Shown: positions 8,928-19,230, numbered from the stretch's first letter. The stretch is 64,000 nucleotides of DNA from an uncultured Acidimicrobiales bacterium (GCA_963698395.1 CAVOQQ010000001.1:68754-132753); one strand, 5' to 3'. Notes: generated by a model not told the origin, from the sequence alone. Translations and numbers: made by a program.

Positions 8928-10640
8928 TCAGCTGCCCGTAGGGATGCCGCCGAGCACGGTGTCGATCACATCGATCGAGCCGATCTCGGTCGGCGCGACC
9001 TCGAAGGGGTCGTTGGCCAGCACGGTGAAATCGGCCAGCTTGCCGACCTCGATCGAGCCGATCGAGTCGTCCTGCCGCAGCACGTGTGCGGCGTCGACGG
9101 TGATCGCTCGCAACGCTTGTTCGACCGAGATCCTCTCGCCGGGAGCGAGAACGGTCTCGCCGTCGGCTCCGATCCGGGTGGCAGCGATCTCGGCAACGAG
9201 CAGAGGCGACAGCGGGGTGACGACGAGGTTGAAGTCGGAGTGGAGCGCAAACGGGGCTCCGGCCCGCAGGAGTGAACCGAGCCGTGCGGTTGCTTCGGCC
9301 CGGTCGGGACCGAAGCCGGCGTCGGCGTGCATCTGGGCCCGGAACTTCACGAAGTAGGCATTCACGCTGGCCATGCCGCCGAGTGCGGCGAGGCGGCGAG
9401 CTTGCGCCGGTGTGCTGAGGCAGTAGTGCTCGATGACGAACCGGTGATCGAAGCGGGGATGGGCGTGCTGTAAGCGGGCGAGCACATCGAGCGTCATGTC
9501 GACGGTTGCGTCACCGTTTGCGTGCGAGTGGATCTGCACGCCGGCCTTCCAATAGGGCAGCATCCTCTCGTAGACCTCGTCCCACGGGATCTCTCCAGTG
9601 AGGCCGTGCTCGCCGTCGAGGTAGCCGGGCGAGCCGATCTGCAGGGTCATCGACGGGTAGGAGCCATCGTTGATGAACTTCACCCCGTGCGTCGCGAGTC
9701 GGTCGTCGCCTTGTGCGCGTCGGGCGGCGAGGAACTCGAAGGCGTCGTCGCCGAACTTCCGGCGCAGCGATGGCTCGAAGGGAACGAGCAGTACCCGGAG
9801 GGGGAGTTCACCGGCGTCGATGGCATCACGGTGGTCGGCCCACTCGGTGTCGAAGTTCTCGAAGCCCCACCCCATGTCGGCGGTGGTGGTGATGCCCACG
9901 CCTCGGGCAACCCCTCCCATGCGGGCCAGCGCGGCCCGCCCGAACCCCTCGCGGTAGATCATCTGTGCAACCGGACGGACAGCGACCGCGACGGCCGCCG
10001 TCTCGACGAACCAACCGTTGAGACGGCCATCCGCGTAGCGACCCAGTCCGTGGAAGTCCGATGCCTCATCGACGCCGGCCAAGTCGAGCATGGGCGAGTT
10101 CGCGTAGACGATGTGCGGGGCGTAGGCGCACACCCAGATCGGCACGACATCGCTGATCTGGTCCAGCAGATCGCGATCGAGATGTCCGCCGTGCGCTGCC
10201 GGGTCGTACCCCCAACACACCACCGGCTCTGGCCTGCCGTCGGGCCCGGGAACCGAATCGGTGGCGAGTCGTCGAAGGCGCTCGATCACGTCGTCGCGAG
10301 TCGTGACGGGTGGCAGCGCTCTCGGAGAGGCGAGTTCGATGGGGCCGACATAGTGGAGTCCGGCGAACGTGCCCGACAACCGCAAGTGCGTGTGAGGGTC
10401 GATGAATCCCGGGAGCATCACCCGGTCGGCATAGCGATCGTCGATCTCGTGAGGCACACGACGCAGCCATGGCTCCATCGATTCAAGCGTCCCGACCGAC
10501 ACGATCGATCCGTTGGCAACGGCCACGGCGGTCGCATGGGGCCGCCCCTGGTCCATCGTGTGGATCCGTTCGGCGGTGAACACACGAAGCTGCGTCGGTC
10601 GGGCGTTCGACAGCGAAGTACGCAACATCAGGTCATCCAC
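8928..10640 (-). CDS. metal-dependent amidohydrolase (Amidohydro_3 / YtcJ-like)
   Basis: Intact 570 aa with PGFIDPHTHLRLSG, HSHANGD and FALHSDF. Ends 5 nt upstream of the COG0523 gene start. Confidence 0.85.
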   Translation of the reverse strand: MDDLMLRTSLSNARPTQLRVFTAERIHTMDQGRPHATAVAVANGSIVSVGTLESMEPWLRRVPHEIDDRYADRVMLPGFIDPHTHLRLSGTFAGLHYVGPIELASPRALPPVTTRDDVIERLRRLATDSVPGPDGRPEPVVCWGYDPAAHGGHLDRDLLDQISDVVPIWVCAYAPHIVYANSPMLDLAGVDEASDFHGLGRYADGRLNGWFVETAAVAVAVRPVAQMIYREGFGRAALARMGGVARGVGITTTADMGWGFENFDTEWADHRDAIDAGELPLRVLLVPFEPSLRRKFGDDAFEFLAARRAQGDDRLATHGVKFINDGSYPSMTLQIGSPGYLDGEHGLTGEIPWDEVYERMLPYWKAGVQIHSHANGDATVDMTLDVLARLQHAHPRFDHRFVIEHYCLSTPAQARRLAALGGMASVNAYFVKFRAQMHADAGFGPDRAEATARLGSLLRAGAPFALHSDFNLVVTPLSPLLVAEIAATRIGADGETVLAPGERISVEQALRAITVDAAHVLRQDDSIGSIEVGKLADFTVLANDPFEVAPTEIGSIDVIDTVLGGIPTGS

Positions 10641-10654
10641 TCAACGAGGTCTTG

Positions 10655-10676
10655 ATACATTACGAGCGTATGGTAT
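10655..10676. promoter_or_regulatory. imperfect inverted repeat, candidate TetR operator
   Basis: ATACATTACG-ag-CGTATGGTAT (8 of 10 arm positions complementary), in the 42-bp gap between divergent starts 10640 and 10683. Confidence 0.4.
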
Positions 10677-10682
10677 GTTTGT

Positions 10683-11328
10683 GTGATGGTCGGCGTCAAG
10701 GTTGAAGATGCAAAGGTGGAGAGAGACACACCGCGGCGAACTCAGCAGGAGCGCACGGCGTCGACTCGGTCCGCGCTCTTGGCTGCCGCCGCAAGCGCCG
10801 TTGTGGAGACGGGGCCGTCCAGCAGCGTCGCTGACGATCGCTCGGCGGGCAAGCGTGTCAACCGGGGCATTGCAGTATCACTTCGAGTCCAAGACCGGTC
10901 TGCTCGTCGCCGTCGTTGAGGTGGGATGGAACGATCTGGTCGAGCGATCGACGTCGGTCGATCGCAGCGTGCCCCCTGTCGAGCGGGTCGCCGCATTGGT
11001 GTGGGCAGTGTGGGAGTCGTATCGCCGGCCCGAATGTCGTGCTGCGTTCATGATCTCGTCGGATCCCAGCATCGACGCCGATGTCAGCCTGGGCATCGCT
11101 CCGGTGTTCGATGCCGTACGCGAACGGCTGGATCAGCTCTGGATCGACGTCTTTGCGGACTTGGAACTGCCGATCGAGCGGGTTGCGTTGGCCCGTCGCT
11201 TCGCCCGATCCCATCTTGCTGGGATGGTGGTGCAGCGACACATGGCCTCGGTCGAGCCAGAACCCGACGAGGAGCTCGATCTGCTCGTTCGGGCGACGTT
11301 ACGGATTCTGACAGAAGGAGCATCATGA
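10683..11328 (+). pseudogene. TetR-family regulator, one frameshift inside the HTH region
   Basis: ..RTASTRSALLAAAASAVVETG (10683 frame), then AASLTIARRASVSTGALQYHFESKTGLL.. (10702 frame, to 11328). Shift near 10815 in a G/C run. Confidence 0.65.
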
Positions 11329-11915
11329 TGGCCGGCGACGCACGTCTTCGTATCGAGACCGATCGTGGCACGATCGACATTGCCGTCCATGTCGATCGGG
11401 CGCCGACCACGGCCGCCTACGTCCGACAACTCGTCGATGGCGGACGGTTCACCGACACCTCGTTCTACCGATCCACCACCCTCGGCGTACCTGAGCGTCG
11501 GCCGCTGATCCAGGGCGGTCCACTCTCCTCGGTCGTCCTGGGTTCGAACACCGCGAACCCAAAGGTGGCGATGTTGGAATCCATCGAGACGACCGACGAC
11601 ACCGGCCTCTTGCATCGCAACGGCACGGTCTCGCTCGCACGTGATCTCGACCGGACCGGTCACGTGCTGCCCGAGTTGTTCATCTGTCTCGACGATTATC
11701 CCGAACTCGACGCCGGTGGTCGCTCCGAACCCGACGATCGCGGATTCCCTGCATTCGGAACGGTCGTTGCCGGCCTCGATGTCGTGGCAGCGATCGCCGC
11801 TCTCGCCACCGAGGGGTCCAGTCCGTTCGAGCGTCTTGCCGGCGAGATCCTCACCGAACCCGTCCGCATCCTCAGCGCGACCTACACCGACTCAGACAGC
11901 GAAAGCGACGAATGA
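11325..11915 (+). CDS. cyclophilin-like (peptidyl-prolyl isomerase fold) protein
   Basis: ATG 11325 behind AGGAG, overlapping the TetR stop. 196 aa with GRFTDTSFYR, GTVSLARD and FGTVVAGLDVV. Confidence 0.6.
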   Translation: MMAGDARLRIETDRGTIDIAVHVDRAPTTAAYVRQLVDGGRFTDTSFYRSTTLGVPERRPLIQGGPLSSVVLGSNTANPKVAMLESIETTDDTGLLHRNGTVSLARDLDRTGHVLPELFICLDDYPELDAGGRSEPDDRGFPAFGTVVAGLDVVAAIAALATEGSSPFERLAGEILTEPVRILSATYTDSDSESDE

Positions 11916-11916
11916 C

Positions 11917-13179
11917 ATGAGCAAGTCCGACGCAATGGCCAACTCGACCCGCACGGTCATCAGGAACGGCACGGTGCTCGACACCGTGTCGATGACCTAC
12001 ACCGAGAATCAGGTCGTCGTCATCGAGGACGGCATCATCGTCGATGTCACCGACTCCTACACCGGCAGTGCCGGCCTCGACATCGATGCCGGGGGCCGAT
12101 TCGTCCTCCCGGGGCTGATCGACGGGCACGTGCACTTCCGGCTCGCCACGCTCGACTTCCGTGCTCTCGTGCAATGGTCCGAGGTGCAGTTCGGCATCAA
12201 CATGGCCCGGCTGGCCGCCGAGACGGTCGATCGCGGTTTCACCACGGTCCGCGATCTCGGCGGCGATGTGAATGGTCTGATGCGCTCGATCGTCGACGGT
12301 CACGCTCGTGGCCCCCGGATCGTGCGAGCTGGGCTGATGCTCACCCAGACCGGTGGGCACGGCGACATACGTTCGGGCGAGATCGAGGTGCCGAGTTGCG
12401 GCTGCGTCCTCGATTCGAGCGTGATGTCGATCGTCGCCGATGGGCCTGACGCCGTCCGCAAGGCTGCCCGTCACCTGCTGCGTGATGGGAGTGACTTCAT
12501 CAAGATCCACGTCTCCGGCGGCGTCGCGTCCCCGGCCGATCCACTCGAGAGCGTGCAGTACACCACCGAAGAGATTCGGATCATCGTCACCGAAGCGCAG
12601 CATCGTGGCACCTATGTCTCGGCCCATGCGTACACGCCCCAGGCCATCGCCATGGCCGTCGACGCAGGAGTCCACTGCATCGAACACGGCAATCTCATGG
12701 ACGACCACTCCGCCAGCTTGATCGCCGATGCAGGTGCCGTCGTCGTGCCCACCCTCGTCACGTATCAGGCCATGGACGACATCGGTCGCCAACACGGCTT
12801 TCCGGCGGCCAACCTCGCCAAGAACACCGTCGTGCTCGATTCCGGGTTGGCGTCCCTCGAGCGAGCACATCGTGCCGGTGTCACGCTCGGGTTCGGAACC
12901 GATCTGATCGGTGAGGCGCAGCCCCGCCAGAACGAAGAGCTTGCCATTCGCGCTCGTGTGCAACCTGCGATCGACGTGCTCCGGTCGATGTGGACTGTCA
13001 ACGCACGACTCTGCCACCTCGAAGGCCGAATCGGTGTCCTCCAACCCGGCGCCTTCGGCGACATCGTGATCTCCAACGTCGACCCCATCGACGACATCGG
13101 CGCGTTCGCCCAACACGAAACAGCCCTCACCCACGTCATCCAGAACGGCGGACTCATCGTGGACCGAACCGTGAGGTAG
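11917..13179 (+). CDS. amidohydrolase-superfamily protein (imidazolonepropionase / Xaa-Pro dipeptidase-like)
   Basis: ATG 11917, 1 nt after the upstream stop. 420 aa with PGLIDGHVHF, KIHVSGG, SAHAY and CIEHG. The listed ORF start 11641 is read-through. Confidence 0.8.
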   Translation: MSKSDAMANSTRTVIRNGTVLDTVSMTYTENQVVVIEDGIIVDVTDSYTGSAGLDIDAGGRFVLPGLIDGHVHFRLATLDFRALVQWSEVQFGINMARLAAETVDRGFTTVRDLGGDVNGLMRSIVDGHARGPRIVRAGLMLTQTGGHGDIRSGEIEVPSCGCVLDSSVMSIVADGPDAVRKAARHLLRDGSDFIKIHVSGGVASPADPLESVQYTTEEIRIIVTEAQHRGTYVSAHAYTPQAIAMAVDAGVHCIEHGNLMDDHSASLIADAGAVVVPTLVTYQAMDDIGRQHGFPAANLAKNTVVLDSGLASLERAHRAGVTLGFGTDLIGEAQPRQNEELAIRARVQPAIDVLRSMWTVNARLCHLEGRIGVLQPGAFGDIVISNVDPIDDIGAFAQHETALTHVIQNGGLIVDRTVR

Positions 13180-13475
13180 GCATGCACCTCGGCCGATCTG
13201 ATGAAGCCACGCAGAGGGTGGTCTCCCGGGTTGAGGAACGTGGGGAGCAAACAACCTGATCGAAGCGCTCGCTCGGCAACTCGTGTTGCCCGTCGTGCCC
13301 GCAGTGCGGACTATCGGATCTCGGAAGGCCCGATGCTGTCGCTGCGCGACGAGTTTCGAGCAGGGGACAGGTTCGTCGGGTCGTCCGGTGGTCTATGGTC
13401 CGACGGCGGTTTGCGTGACCTGACGCCGGTTGGCGGCTCGAGGGTAGGGATCGCTCGAACGAGTGGCGGATCACG

Positions 13476-14408
13476 ATGAGGGTTGGCCAGTCGATGACCG
13501 AGGTGGTCGGGCGTACCCCGGTCGTTCAGTTGCGCAAGGTCGTGCCTGACGGCGCCGCCGACGTGTACGTCAAGCTCGAGTGGTTCAATCCGACCGGATC
13601 GTACAAGGACCGGATGGCGCTGGCGATGATCACCGAGGCCGAACGTCGCGGCGACCTTCGTCCCGGGATGACGGTGCTCGAGTACACGGCGGGAAGCACG
13701 GGTTCGTCGCTGGCATATGTGTGCGCTGCGAAGGGCTACCACTTCGAGGTCGCGACATCGGATGCGTTCGCTCCCGAGAAGCTCGCCACGATGGCAGCGC
13801 TTGGCGCTGAGTTGACGATCGTTCCGAGCGTCGGCGGCAAGATCACACCGGACCTGACTCCCCGGATGATCGAGACGGCCCGCCAGCTCGCCGCCGACCC
13901 TGACGTGTTCTGGACGGATCAGCTCGACAACACCGACTCGCTCGTCGGCTACCAGCAGATTGGCGTCGAGTTGCTCGAGCAACTCGAGAAGCCGATCGAC
14001 GTGTTCTGTTGCGCAGTCGGGACGAGTGGCATGGCGACCGGCGTGAAGAACGCACTCGATGACGCCGGCAGCGCGGCACGGGTGGTGATCTTCGAACCCG
14101 ATTCGAGTCCGGTGATCTCAACCGGACTGCCCGGGGTGAACTCGGTCGAGGGCATCGGGATCGGGCTCGTGCCTCCGATGCTCGACCTCGAGCGGTTCGA
14201 CGAGATTCGTGCCATCTCCGAAAGCGAGGCGTTCGCAATGGCTCGACGTCTCGCCGCCGAGGAGGGTCTGCTCGCCGGCGCATCAACCGGACTCGATGTT
14301 GTCGGCACGATCGAACTCGCGAGCGAGATCGGTGAGGGCAAGACCGTCGTCACTCTCGCCTGCGACACCGGTCTCAAGTACCTGTCCGGTGACCTGTACC
14401 GGCGCTGA
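13476..14408 (+). CDS. PLP-dependent cysteine-synthase-family enzyme
   Basis: Intact 310 aa with PLP-lysine motif NPTGSYKDRMALAMI and GSTGSSLA. ATG 13494 is an alternative start. Confidence 0.8.
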   Translation: MRVGQSMTEVVGRTPVVQLRKVVPDGAADVYVKLEWFNPTGSYKDRMALAMITEAERRGDLRPGMTVLEYTAGSTGSSLAYVCAAKGYHFEVATSDAFAPEKLATMAALGAELTIVPSVGGKITPDLTPRMIETARQLAADPDVFWTDQLDNTDSLVGYQQIGVELLEQLEKPIDVFCCAVGTSGMATGVKNALDDAGSAARVVIFEPDSSPVISTGLPGVNSVEGIGIGLVPPMLDLERFDEIRAISESEAFAMARRLAAEEGLLAGASTGLDVVGTIELASEIGEGKTVVTLACDTGLKYLSGDLYRR

Positions 14409-14540
14409 CAGATCGTCGGCACGGGTGTCCTCGGCTGTGGACCTGGTACGCCACGGTTTCGGCGGCGAAGGGTCCGAGGGACAGCCGCCGATGAGTATCA
14501 GGCATGCCTCGCTCGGACAACACGTACGTCGCCGATCGCA

Positions 14541-15302
14541 TCATCGAAGCGACGGGTTGTTGGCGGGCTTGCCGCCGCGGAGCAGCAGCCAAAGTCCCAT
14601 CCAACCTTCGGCGATGACCGAGGGGGCAGCGACCATGATGATGAACGCTGTCTCGTAGTCGGCGTAGTTACCGAGGAGACTGTGGGCGACGGTGTCGATG
14701 ACGTATGCCGCACCGGCGGTGATGAGGGCGTACCCGAGCATCCTGGGTGCAGAGCGGGTTCGAAGGATGAGCCCGCCGAGGGTGATGAGGTGGACGCCGA
14801 ATGCTGCGAGGCCGATCAACCATGCAGAGTTGAACGTGTCGAGCGCAACCAGCGCCTGCGCTTCTCGTTGGGTCGTGTCGAACGACTCCAAGAAGCTCGA
14901 ACCGCTCAGGAACTGCAGTGCCTGGAAGAAGTAGACGAGGGCGACGCCGAGGAACACGGTGTACACGAGTCGGAACCAGGCGGCGACGAGCGACACGTCT
15001 CGGTTGGCTCGTCGGAACACGATGTAGAGGGCCCACGCAACGACGACGTCAACGAGGAAGATGACGAGGAAGCTGGCCATGCCGACTCGGAACAGTCCTT
15101 CGGATTCGGCGATGTTCGCTGCAGTCGTCTGGGCATCGTCGGTGATGACGAGACCCTCTCTGACGAAGAAGTTGGCGAACACCGCCAGCACGAACAGAAC
15201 CACATAGCCGATGCCGGCGACAACGGCAGCGGTTCGCGGGTTGGTGTCGGAGCGGTCTGCCGCTGTTGGCTGGATCGTCGGGTCGAGGGTGTCGAGGCTC
15301 AT
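14541..15302 (-). CDS. DUF4386-like integral membrane protein
   Basis: ATG 15302 with a 4-nt overlap on the upstream stop. About 253 aa, multi-TM (FANFFVREGL, SAPRMLGYALI). The first 46 codons of the listed ORF are His/Arg-rich and overlap the previous gene. Confidence 0.7.
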   Translation of the reverse strand: MSLDTLDPTIQPTAADRSDTNPRTAAVVAGIGYVVLFVLAVFANFFVREGLVITDDAQTTAANIAESEGLFRVGMASFLVIFLVDVVVAWALYIVFRRANRDVSLVAAWFRLVYTVFLGVALVYFFQALQFLSGSSFLESFDTTQREAQALVALDTFNSAWLIGLAAFGVHLITLGGLILRTRSAPRMLGYALITAGAAYVIDTVAHSLLGNYADYETAFIIMVAAPSVIAEGWMGLWLLLRGGKPANNPSLR

Positions 15303-15526
15303 GTCGGTGTTCCTTCCGTGGGGTCGGGTGCGGCTGCATCGGTTCGGTGTCGGTAGAGCGAGTACGGAATCAACGCCGTGGTGATCCACATGGTGATGGG
15401 CCATGCCCTGTCGCCGCTGTCGATGATGACGGCGGCCCAAATCACCGAAGCAGCGACGAAGGCAATCTCGCTGCGGGTGCGCAGAAAGCGCCGACGCGGC
15501 GGGTTGGTGTCGGTGGCGTTCGTCAT
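15299..15526 (-). CDS. small membrane protein, no family recognised
   Basis: 75-aa ORF with two hydrophobic segments. 4-nt start/stop overlaps with both neighbours (15523-15526, 15299-15302). Confidence 0.45.
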   Translation of the reverse strand: MTNATDTNPPRRRFLRTRSEIAFVAASVIWAAVIIDSGDRAWPITMWITTALIPYSLYRHRTDAAAPDPTEGTPT

Positions 15527-16566
15527 GGCTTCACCGTGATGACGGTCTTGCCGGTGGCCCGGCCGGCGGCGAGTTGGCGCATCGCCTCAGGAACCTCGGT
15601 GAGATCGAAGCGTTGGCCGATCACCGGTGTGACCTGGCCCTGGTCGATGAACTCGGCCAGCTGTTCGATCAGCGTGTGGTGCACGGACGCAATGAACATC
15701 GTCAATCGCTGGCTGATGAAGGGTGAGAGTGCCACCGCCCAGAGCTGACGGCCGATGCCGCCGGTGAAGCGGTTGCCGTCCTCGCCGCCGACGATCACGA
15801 GCGTGCCCTTCTTGGTCAGCGCACGGCGGAGTCGGGAGACGCTGCGACGCCCGCCGATGTCGATGATGAGGTCGTACTCGCAGAGCCCGTCGGCGAAGTC
15901 GGTATTCGTGTAGTCGATGACGTGATCAGCACCGAGCGAACGGACCATCTCGAGCTTCGGGGTGCTCGCAACGCCGGTGACCTCGGCTCCGAGTGCCTTG
16001 GCCAGCTGCACCGCGTACGTACCGACCCCGCCTGAGGCGCCGATCACCAGCACCCGTTGGCCTGGCTCCACACGGCCCACGTCGACGAGGGCTTGAAGGG
16101 CGGTGATCCCCGACACGGGAACGATGGCTGCTTGTTCGAAGCTCAAGTTGCCGGGCTTGGCGGCAAGGCTGTCCTCTGCGGCGGTTGCGAATTGGGCGAA
16201 CGATCCTTTGGCGGCGCCGAACACTTCGTCGCCCTCGGCGAAACGAGTGACGGCCGAACCGACTGCGACGACGACACCGGCGACATCCAGGCCGGGGATC
16301 CGGTTCTTGGGTTTCGTGATCCCGTAGCCGGCGAGGCGGACAAGGTAGGGACGCCCCGTCATCAGGTGCTCGGTGCCGCGGTCGATGCCGGCAGCGTGGA
16401 CTTCGATCAGGACCTCGTCGTCGGCGATGGTGGGACGTTGGGTCATCTCGAGACGCAGGACCTCGGCGGTGCCGTAGCCGTCTTGCACGACGGCCTGCAT
16501 GAGCGATTGCTGCTGCGAGCCGGCGCTGGCTGAGCGTTCCTCGGGGAGGGTGGGGGTGGTGGTCAT
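15523..16566 (-). CDS. NADPH:quinone oxidoreductase / zinc-type MDR oxidoreductase
   Basis: Intact 347 aa with GASGGVGTYAVQLAK and the MDR fold pattern. Confidence 0.85.
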   Translation of the reverse strand: MTTTPTLPEERSASAGSQQQSLMQAVVQDGYGTAEVLRLEMTQRPTIADDEVLIEVHAAGIDRGTEHLMTGRPYLVRLAGYGITKPKNRIPGLDVAGVVVAVGSAVTRFAEGDEVFGAAKGSFAQFATAAEDSLAAKPGNLSFEQAAIVPVSGITALQALVDVGRVEPGQRVLVIGASGGVGTYAVQLAKALGAEVTGVASTPKLEMVRSLGADHVIDYTNTDFADGLCEYDLIIDIGGRRSVSRLRRALTKKGTLVIVGGEDGNRFTGGIGRQLWAVALSPFISQRLTMFIASVHHTLIEQLAEFIDQGQVTPVIGQRFDLTEVPEAMRQLAAGRATGKTVITVKP

Positions 16567-16660
16567 TGGCAGTTCTCCGTTGTCGATGCCCGTGGTTCTG
16601 GCAATTGGCTTGGAGAAAGCGTCGTCGACCGACAGGTGAGACCGCCTCGTAGGGACCGGA

Positions 16661-16678
16661 ATCTCACCTGGGTGAGGT
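16661..16678. promoter_or_regulatory. 18-bp palindrome, copy 1 (candidate LuxR-type operator)
   Basis: ATCTCACC-tg-GGTGAGGT. Lies 2 nt beyond the LuxR stop and about 95-110 nt upstream of the qor-like start (16566). Extra GGTGAGA half-site at 16635-16641. Confidence 0.5.
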
Positions 16679-16679
16679 A

Positions 16680-18887
16680 TCAGAGCAGACCCAGATCCCG
16701 GGCGGTCTGGACAGCGGCTTTGCGGTTGCCGACGGCGAGCTTGCGGTAGATCGCCGTGCAGTGCGTCTTCACCGTGTTCGGGGAGACGAACAGTTCGCCG
16801 GCGATCTCGCGCTGCGACAGTGCGGTTGGCAGATAGCGGAGCACCGCCGTTTCCCGTTCGGTCAGTTGCTCGATGATCGCTTGCGTCTCCGCCGCGGTTG
16901 CGGCGATGGCGTGTCGAGACTCGATGCGGTCCAGATAGCGAGCAACGATCCCCGGGTCAGGGCAGCGGTCGACCACGATGCGAGCTTCAGCCAGGAGTTC
17001 CAGCCCGACGGGGTCTGCGGCATCCAACAGCACATCGCCGCACATGGTCAGAACGTGTGCCAGCGCCAGGTCGCCGGTGGTTCGCTTTGCCGACTCGACA
17101 GCCCGGCGAGCATCGGCAACGGCTTCGGGACCCTCACCGGTTCGGGCCCGGACGGCGTAGGCCGGACCGAGCCGTTGATAGGAGGCGAGCCCCAACGCTT
17201 CGGCGGTCGCAATGGCATGCATCGCCCGCTCTCTCGCTGCAGCCAGATCCCCCGCATCGAATTCCACAAGCGCCTGATAGATCAGGCTGAGAAGGTGGAC
17301 CGCATTGTTGTCGGTGTTCTCTGTCTTCTCGACGGCGACGTTGAGGACCGCACGTGCATCCTCGGTCTGGCCGGCCCACATGTGGGTTCCCCCGGCGACC
17401 GCGGCGATGTTGGCCAACTCGATCCGAACCGATCGAAGTCGGTCGAGATCTGAGCACTCCCGAGCGATCACCAGCGCCGGCTGGACATCACCGCGGCCGA
17501 GCAGGATGTTCATTCGTAGCGGGGCGGTGGCGATGTGATCGAACCCGTCCGGGGCGATGTCGTGCGTCACCTCCACCCATCGTTCCGCCGAGTCGAACCG
17601 GCCGGCGCTGTATTCACACCAACCCCAGAGCAACGAGCAGATGGTGTCGGTTTCGGCAGCGTCACCGAGCTGAACCAGGATGCCCCGTAGCGTCTCGATC
17701 TGGTTGTCGGCGATGAGTCGAGGACCCAGCACAGTCATGAGGCGAGCGGCTTCCTCACGATCACCGGCGTGCAGGTAGTGGACGACGGCTCGGTCGTGGT
17801 CGCCTTCGGATTCGAACCATGCGGCGGCGCGCCGATGGAGCCCCGGCAGCTGATCGGGGATGCTCGTTTTCGCTTCGAGGCGGAGCAGATCCCGCAGGAG
17901 ATGGTGGTACCGGTACCACTCACCGGTGCGATCCAGTCCGATGACGAGTTGGTTCTCCGAGGCTGTCTCGTTCAGCCACGTCGCGCCGTCGGTGGAATCG
18001 CAGAGGGCATCGACCAATGGTCCGCTCATCTGCTCGAGGATCGAGGTGGTGAGCAATCGATGCAGATGGTCGGGGTTGACCCCGGCAAGGAACTCGTCGC
18101 TCAGATAGTCGACGACGAAATGATCGTCGCCGTGGAACCCCTGAACGAACCTCGACGCGTCCGGCACCTGCGCCATGGAGAGTCGTGCCAGTACCAGACC
18201 GGCCGCCCATCCTTCGGTCCTGTCCGAGAGCAACTCGATCTCTTCGGCATCAAGCGGGCCTCTTCCCGCCCCGAGCAGGTTCGCCGCTTCGGTCGGCTGG
18301 AATCGCAGCCCATCGCTGCGCACCTCGAGCAGATGACCGCGGACCCGTAAACGGCCGAGTCGGAACGGAGGATCGAATCGGGTCGAGATCACAACAGTCA
18401 CCTGCGGCGGACACAACTCGACCAGCCGCTCCATTCCGTGGTGGATGGCATCGTTGGTGATGAGGTGGTAGTCATCGACGACGATCACGAGCGAACGGTC
18501 GTGGCCGGCCAGTGCGGTGATGAGCGTCGAGATGACCATGTCGTCGTCATCATCGGTCGAGGCGAGCACTGCGGGTTTCACTGCGGCTCGCACGCTCGGC
18601 AGGACCTCGCTGATCGCTTCGACGAGGTATGCCCAGAAACGGGCTGGGTCGTCGTCGCCTTCCTCGACCTGCAGCCAAGCCGCTGGCTCCGTGCGACGGG
18701 CCAGCCACGATGCCACGAGCGTCGATTTGCCGGAACCTGCCGGTGCGCTCACCAGCACCAGTCGAGCGTGCGCGTCAACACCGGTATCGAGGATGTCATC
18801 GAGTCGAGCCCGCTGAACGAGCGCATCAGGCAGGGTGGGAGGCCGCAACTTGGTGGCGGCGAGGCTGAGGTTCAACGCTCCGTCCAC
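16680..18887 (-). CDS. LuxR-family regulator of the large ATP-binding (LAL/MalT-like) type
   Basis: Intact 735 aa. Walker A SAPAGSGKST, a central helical-repeat region and a C-terminal HTH REIAGELFVSPNTVKTHCTAIYRKL. Confidence 0.85.
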   Translation of the reverse strand: MDGALNLSLAATKLRPPTLPDALVQRARLDDILDTGVDAHARLVLVSAPAGSGKSTLVASWLARRTEPAAWLQVEEGDDDPARFWAYLVEAISEVLPSVRAAVKPAVLASTDDDDDMVISTLITALAGHDRSLVIVVDDYHLITNDAIHHGMERLVELCPPQVTVVISTRFDPPFRLGRLRVRGHLLEVRSDGLRFQPTEAANLLGAGRGPLDAEEIELLSDRTEGWAAGLVLARLSMAQVPDASRFVQGFHGDDHFVVDYLSDEFLAGVNPDHLHRLLTTSILEQMSGPLVDALCDSTDGATWLNETASENQLVIGLDRTGEWYRYHHLLRDLLRLEAKTSIPDQLPGLHRRAAAWFESEGDHDRAVVHYLHAGDREEAARLMTVLGPRLIADNQIETLRGILVQLGDAAETDTICSLLWGWCEYSAGRFDSAERWVEVTHDIAPDGFDHIATAPLRMNILLGRGDVQPALVIARECSDLDRLRSVRIELANIAAVAGGTHMWAGQTEDARAVLNVAVEKTENTDNNAVHLLSLIYQALVEFDAGDLAAARERAMHAIATAEALGLASYQRLGPAYAVRARTGEGPEAVADARRAVESAKRTTGDLALAHVLTMCGDVLLDAADPVGLELLAEARIVVDRCPDPGIVARYLDRIESRHAIAATAAETQAIIEQLTERETAVLRYLPTALSQREIAGELFVSPNTVKTHCTAIYRKLAVGNRKAAVQTARDLGLL

Positions 18888-18927
18888 TTGATCCCCTTTC
18901 CAACAGAGCCTCGACGGTCGGCCACGA

Positions 18928-18945
18928 ATCTCACCTGGGTGAGAT
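18928..18945. promoter_or_regulatory. 18-bp palindrome, copy 2 (perfect arms)
   Basis: ATCTCACC-tg-GGTGAGAT. Lies 41 nt upstream of the LuxR ATG (18887) and 49 nt upstream of the divergent start 18994. Confidence 0.55.
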
Positions 18946-18993
18946 CACGCCTCGGACGAGGCGACGCAGCGATTGGTCCTTCACCGTAGAGGT

Positions 18994-19230
18994 ATGACCG
19001 AACCAACCACATACGAAATCGCCTTGAGAGGCAACGTCGGATCCCGATCGCTGCGACCGCTCATCGACGACTTCAGGATCACCGAGTCCGAGCCAGGCAT
19101 CACCCGGCTCGTCGGCATCATCCGAGATTCGTCTCAGATGCACGGCCTCGTCGCCCACCTCTCCTCGATGGGTCTCGACCTCCTCTCCATCGTCCCGACC
19201 GATTCCACAGCGAAGGAAACCCAGCGATGA
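18994..19230 (+). CDS. small cytoplasmic protein, no family recalled
   Basis: ATG 18994; 78 aa MTEPTTYEIALRGNVGSRSLRPLIDDF..MHGLVAHLSSMGLDLLSIV. Its stop overlaps the next start (19227-19230). Confidence 0.55.
   Translation: MTEPTTYEIALRGNVGSRSLRPLIDDFRITESEPGITRLVGIIRDSSQMHGLVAHLSSMGLDLLSIVPTDSTAKETQR

Noticed and set aside
13180-13475. 296-nt gap upstream of the PLP enzyme, examined for a SAM-type or other riboswitch.
   Set aside because: I could not recognise any conserved riboswitch core by eye. A covariance-model search would be needed.
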